From a bacterium (GTDB lineage Bacteria > J088 > JAWLBW01), in the NCBI GenBank assembly GCA_041690355.1, contig JAWLHK010000005.1:248001-277693 (forward strand): 29,693 nt of DNA. The letters are read 5' to 3'. The position numbers and the translations under genes are program-made. Shown in pieces: positions 27,589 to 29,693 of this stretch (positions are counted from its first letter, which is position 1; each line of letters opens with the position of its first letter). The notes beneath the pieces were generated by a model that did no database searches, had not been told where the DNA came from, and saw only the letters and a list, made by a program, of their open reading frames with translations.

Positions 27589-27713
27589 TTTACGATCCCG
27601 GTAAGTGACGAGTTACGAGTTACGAGTGACGAGTGACAAGTTTCCGGAACGTACCTGACCGCACGAGGTACCTGTTGGTCGGCGCTCAGCGCTTGGTGCT
27701 TGGCGCTCGGCCC
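27581..27713. repeat. Bipartite heptamer array: ATTTACA/ATTTACG, then AGTGACG/AGTTACG x2/AGTGACG/AGTGACA/AGTTTCC (27604-27645), then TCGGCGC/TCAGCGC/TTGGTGC/TTGGCGC/TCGGCCC (27679-27713)
   Basis: Read directly; 7-bp period. Confidence 0.85.
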
Positions 27714-27775
27714 GGTGCGCCCTCCCCTCGGAATCTGCTACGCTGACTCCGCATTACCCCTCACGCGGTACCCCC

Positions 27776-29227
27776 ATGTTCGAACAGACCTTCAGGAATA
27801 TCGACGACGTGCTCTGGAAAGAGTCCGGCTGCACGACGGAGCTCGATTACACGGAGCAGACTTCATGGATGCTCTTTCTCAAATACCTCGACGACCTCGA
27901 GAAGGAGCGGGCCCTGGAGGCCGAGCTTGTCGGCAAGCCCTACACGTATCTGATCGATGAAGACCATCGCTGGTCGACCTGGGCGGCGCCGAAAAAGCCG
28001 GACGGCACGTTTGATCACGACCGCGCCCTGACCGGCGCCGACCTGATCGACTTCGTCAACCGGAAGCTCTTCCCCTACCTGCAGGGGTTCAAGCAGCGGG
28101 CCAGCGGGCCCGACACCATCGAGTACAAAATCGGCGAGATCTTCGGCGAGATCAAGAACAAATTTTCGAGCGGGTACTCCCTGCGCGACGCCCTGGAGCT
28201 CATGGATACGCTGCGCTTTCGTTCGCAGCAGGAGAAGCACGAGCTCAGCCACCTGTACGAGGCCAAGATCCGCAACATGGGCAACGCCGGGCGCAACGGC
28301 GGCGAATACTACACGCCCCGCCCGCTCATTCGCGCCATGATCCAGGTGATCGACCCGAAGATCGGCGAGACGATCTACGACGGCGCCTGCGGCTCAGCCG
28401 GCTTTCTCTGCGAAGCCCATGACTACCTGCGCGCCGGAAAGCTTACGACGGCGCAGCTCAATACCCTGCAGAAGCGCACCTTCTATGGCAAGGAGAAGAA
28501 ACCGCTCGCCTACATCATCGGCACGATGAACATGATCCTCCATGGCATCGACGCCCCGAACATCGTGCACACGAACACGCTTGCCGAGAACCTGGCCGAC
28601 ATCCAGCCGAAGGATCAGTACGACGTCATCCTCGCCAACCCGCCTTTCGGGGGAAAAGAGCGCAAGGAGATCCAGCAGAACTTCCCCATCAAGACCGGCG
28701 AAACGGCCTTCCTGTTTTTGCAGCACTTCGTCAAGAGCCTCAAGCCGGGGGGACGGGCGGCGGTCGTCATCAAGAACACCTTTCTCTCCATCGCCGACAA
28801 CGCGGCGCGGGCATTGCGGAAACAACTGCTCGACGACTGCAACCTGCACACCGTGCTCGACTGCCCGCAGGGCACGTTCCAAGGCGCCGGCGTGAAGACG
28901 GTCGTGCTCTTCTTCGAGAAGGGGGCCCCGACACGGAAGATCTGGTACTACCAGCTCGACCCCGGCCGCAACCTTGGCAAGACCAACCCCCTCAACGACG
29001 ACGACCTCGCAGGGTTTGTAGCGCTGCAGAAGACGTTCGCCGACTCGGAGAAGTCCTGGTCGGTCAGCATCGGCGATATCGACCCCGAAGGCATCGACCT
29101 GTCGGTGAAGAACCCTCGGGAACCGGATGGGGATCCGATTCGAACGCCCGAGGAAATCCTGGCCGAAATCGAGAAGCTCGATGCCGAAGCGACCGCCGTG
29201 CTGGCGGGAATTCGGAGGCTGTTGTGA
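27776..29227 (+). CDS. hsdM: Type I restriction-modification methyltransferase subunit M
   Basis: EQTSWMLFLKYLDD, GEYYTPRPLI, YDGACGSAGFL (SAM binding), ILANPPFGG and GVKTVVLFF. Confidence 0.96.
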   Translation: MFEQTFRNIDDVLWKESGCTTELDYTEQTSWMLFLKYLDDLEKERALEAELVGKPYTYLIDEDHRWSTWAAPKKPDGTFDHDRALTGADLIDFVNRKLFPYLQGFKQRASGPDTIEYKIGEIFGEIKNKFSSGYSLRDALELMDTLRFRSQQEKHELSHLYEAKIRNMGNAGRNGGEYYTPRPLIRAMIQVIDPKIGETIYDGACGSAGFLCEAHDYLRAGKLTTAQLNTLQKRTFYGKEKKPLAYIIGTMNMILHGIDAPNIVHTNTLAENLADIQPKDQYDVILANPPFGGKERKEIQQNFPIKTGETAFLFLQHFVKSLKPGGRAAVVIKNTFLSIADNAARALRKQLLDDCNLHTVLDCPQGTFQGAGVKTVVLFFEKGAPTRKIWYYQLDPGRNLGKTNPLNDDDLAGFVALQKTFADSEKSWSVSIGDIDPEGIDLSVKNPREPDGDPIRTPEEILAEIEKLDAEATAVLAGIRRLL

Positions 29228-29693
29228 GAGCGGGGTGGAGCAGGCGAAGTATTGGTGACATCTGCCGAATTGTAAATGGCGGAACTCCAAAAACGGGCAT
29301 CAAGGAGTATTGGGACGGACCTCATGCATGGATAACGCCTGCGGAGATGGGTGGCCTGATTTCCCCCTATGTGTCTGAAACCCGGCGGACATTGACTAAC
29401 TTAGGCCTTGCTAAGTCCTCGGCATCTCTCTTGCCGCCAAATTCGATCATATTGTCGTCCCGCGCGCCAATTGGCCACCTGGTGATCAACGAAGTACCAA
29501 TGGCAACCAACCAGGGGTGCAAGGGATTGGTCCCAAACGACTCGGTAGATGTGAAGTTTCTCTTCTACTTTCTTTCATCTAGGGTTGAAGAACTCAATGA
29601 GCTCGGTGTTGGTGCGGTTTTCAAAGAACTTTCGGCATCGCGGCTTAGACAATTGCTTGTTCCCACCCCCCCCCTCCCCGAGCAGCGGCGGAT
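29224..29693 (+). CDS. hsdS: Type I R-M specificity subunit S, 3'-truncated by window edge (absent from the ORF track)
   Basis: GTG overlaps the hsdM stop (GTGA). Translates to MRAGWSRRSIGDICRIVNGGTPKT..EYWDG..WITPAEM..ILSSRAPIG..ATNQGCKGL..FKELS..VPTPPLPEQRR. Confidence 0.95.
   Translation, partial: MRAGWSRRSIGDICRIVNGGTPKTGIKEYWDGPHAWITPAEMGGLISPYVSETRRTLTNLGLAKSSASLLPPNSIILSSRAPIGHLVINEVPMATNQGCKGLVPNDSVDVKFLFYFLSSRVEELNELGVGAVFKELSASRLRQLLVPTPPLPEQRR

Noticed and set aside
27581-27713. CRISPR array
   Set aside because: Units are 7 bp with no spacers, and there are no cas genes.
27714-27775. Prophage, integrase or tRNA attachment site at the R-M boundary
   Set aside because: No tRNA, integrase or att-like direct repeat is visible.

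Overview
High-GC bacterial genomic window, probably Myxococcota/deltaproteobacterial (inferred from a MYXO-CTERM-like sorting tail and Cys-rich lipoproteins). In order: a fatty-acid pair (partial FabG4-like SDR, FadI-like thiolase) with a terminator; MscS; DUF2288; a tightly coupled five-gene operon (Ycf46-type AAA+ ATPase, small membrane protein, DUF1257, DUF2997, PflX-like radical SAM); a PlsC-type acyltransferase; a lipoprotein; a polyprenyl synthase; a 13.4-kb six-gene minus-strand cell-surface operon (QW-motif lipoprotein, 1624-aa MYXO-CTERM protein with a putative BPI/TULIP fold, 1058-aa beta-sandwich lipoprotein, internally duplicated UbiA-like membrane protein, two DUF1566 proteins); a membrane protein; dapE, dapD; a GH1 lipoprotein; and type I R-M hsdM plus partial hsdS. 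The best candidates for undescribed systems are the prenyl/lipid surface operon and the AAA/DUF1257/DUF2997/radical SAM module, three of whose proteins share a DG beta-hairpin motif. Heptamer repeat arrays recur in three intergenic regions. All family calls come from motif recognition by eye; no searches were run.
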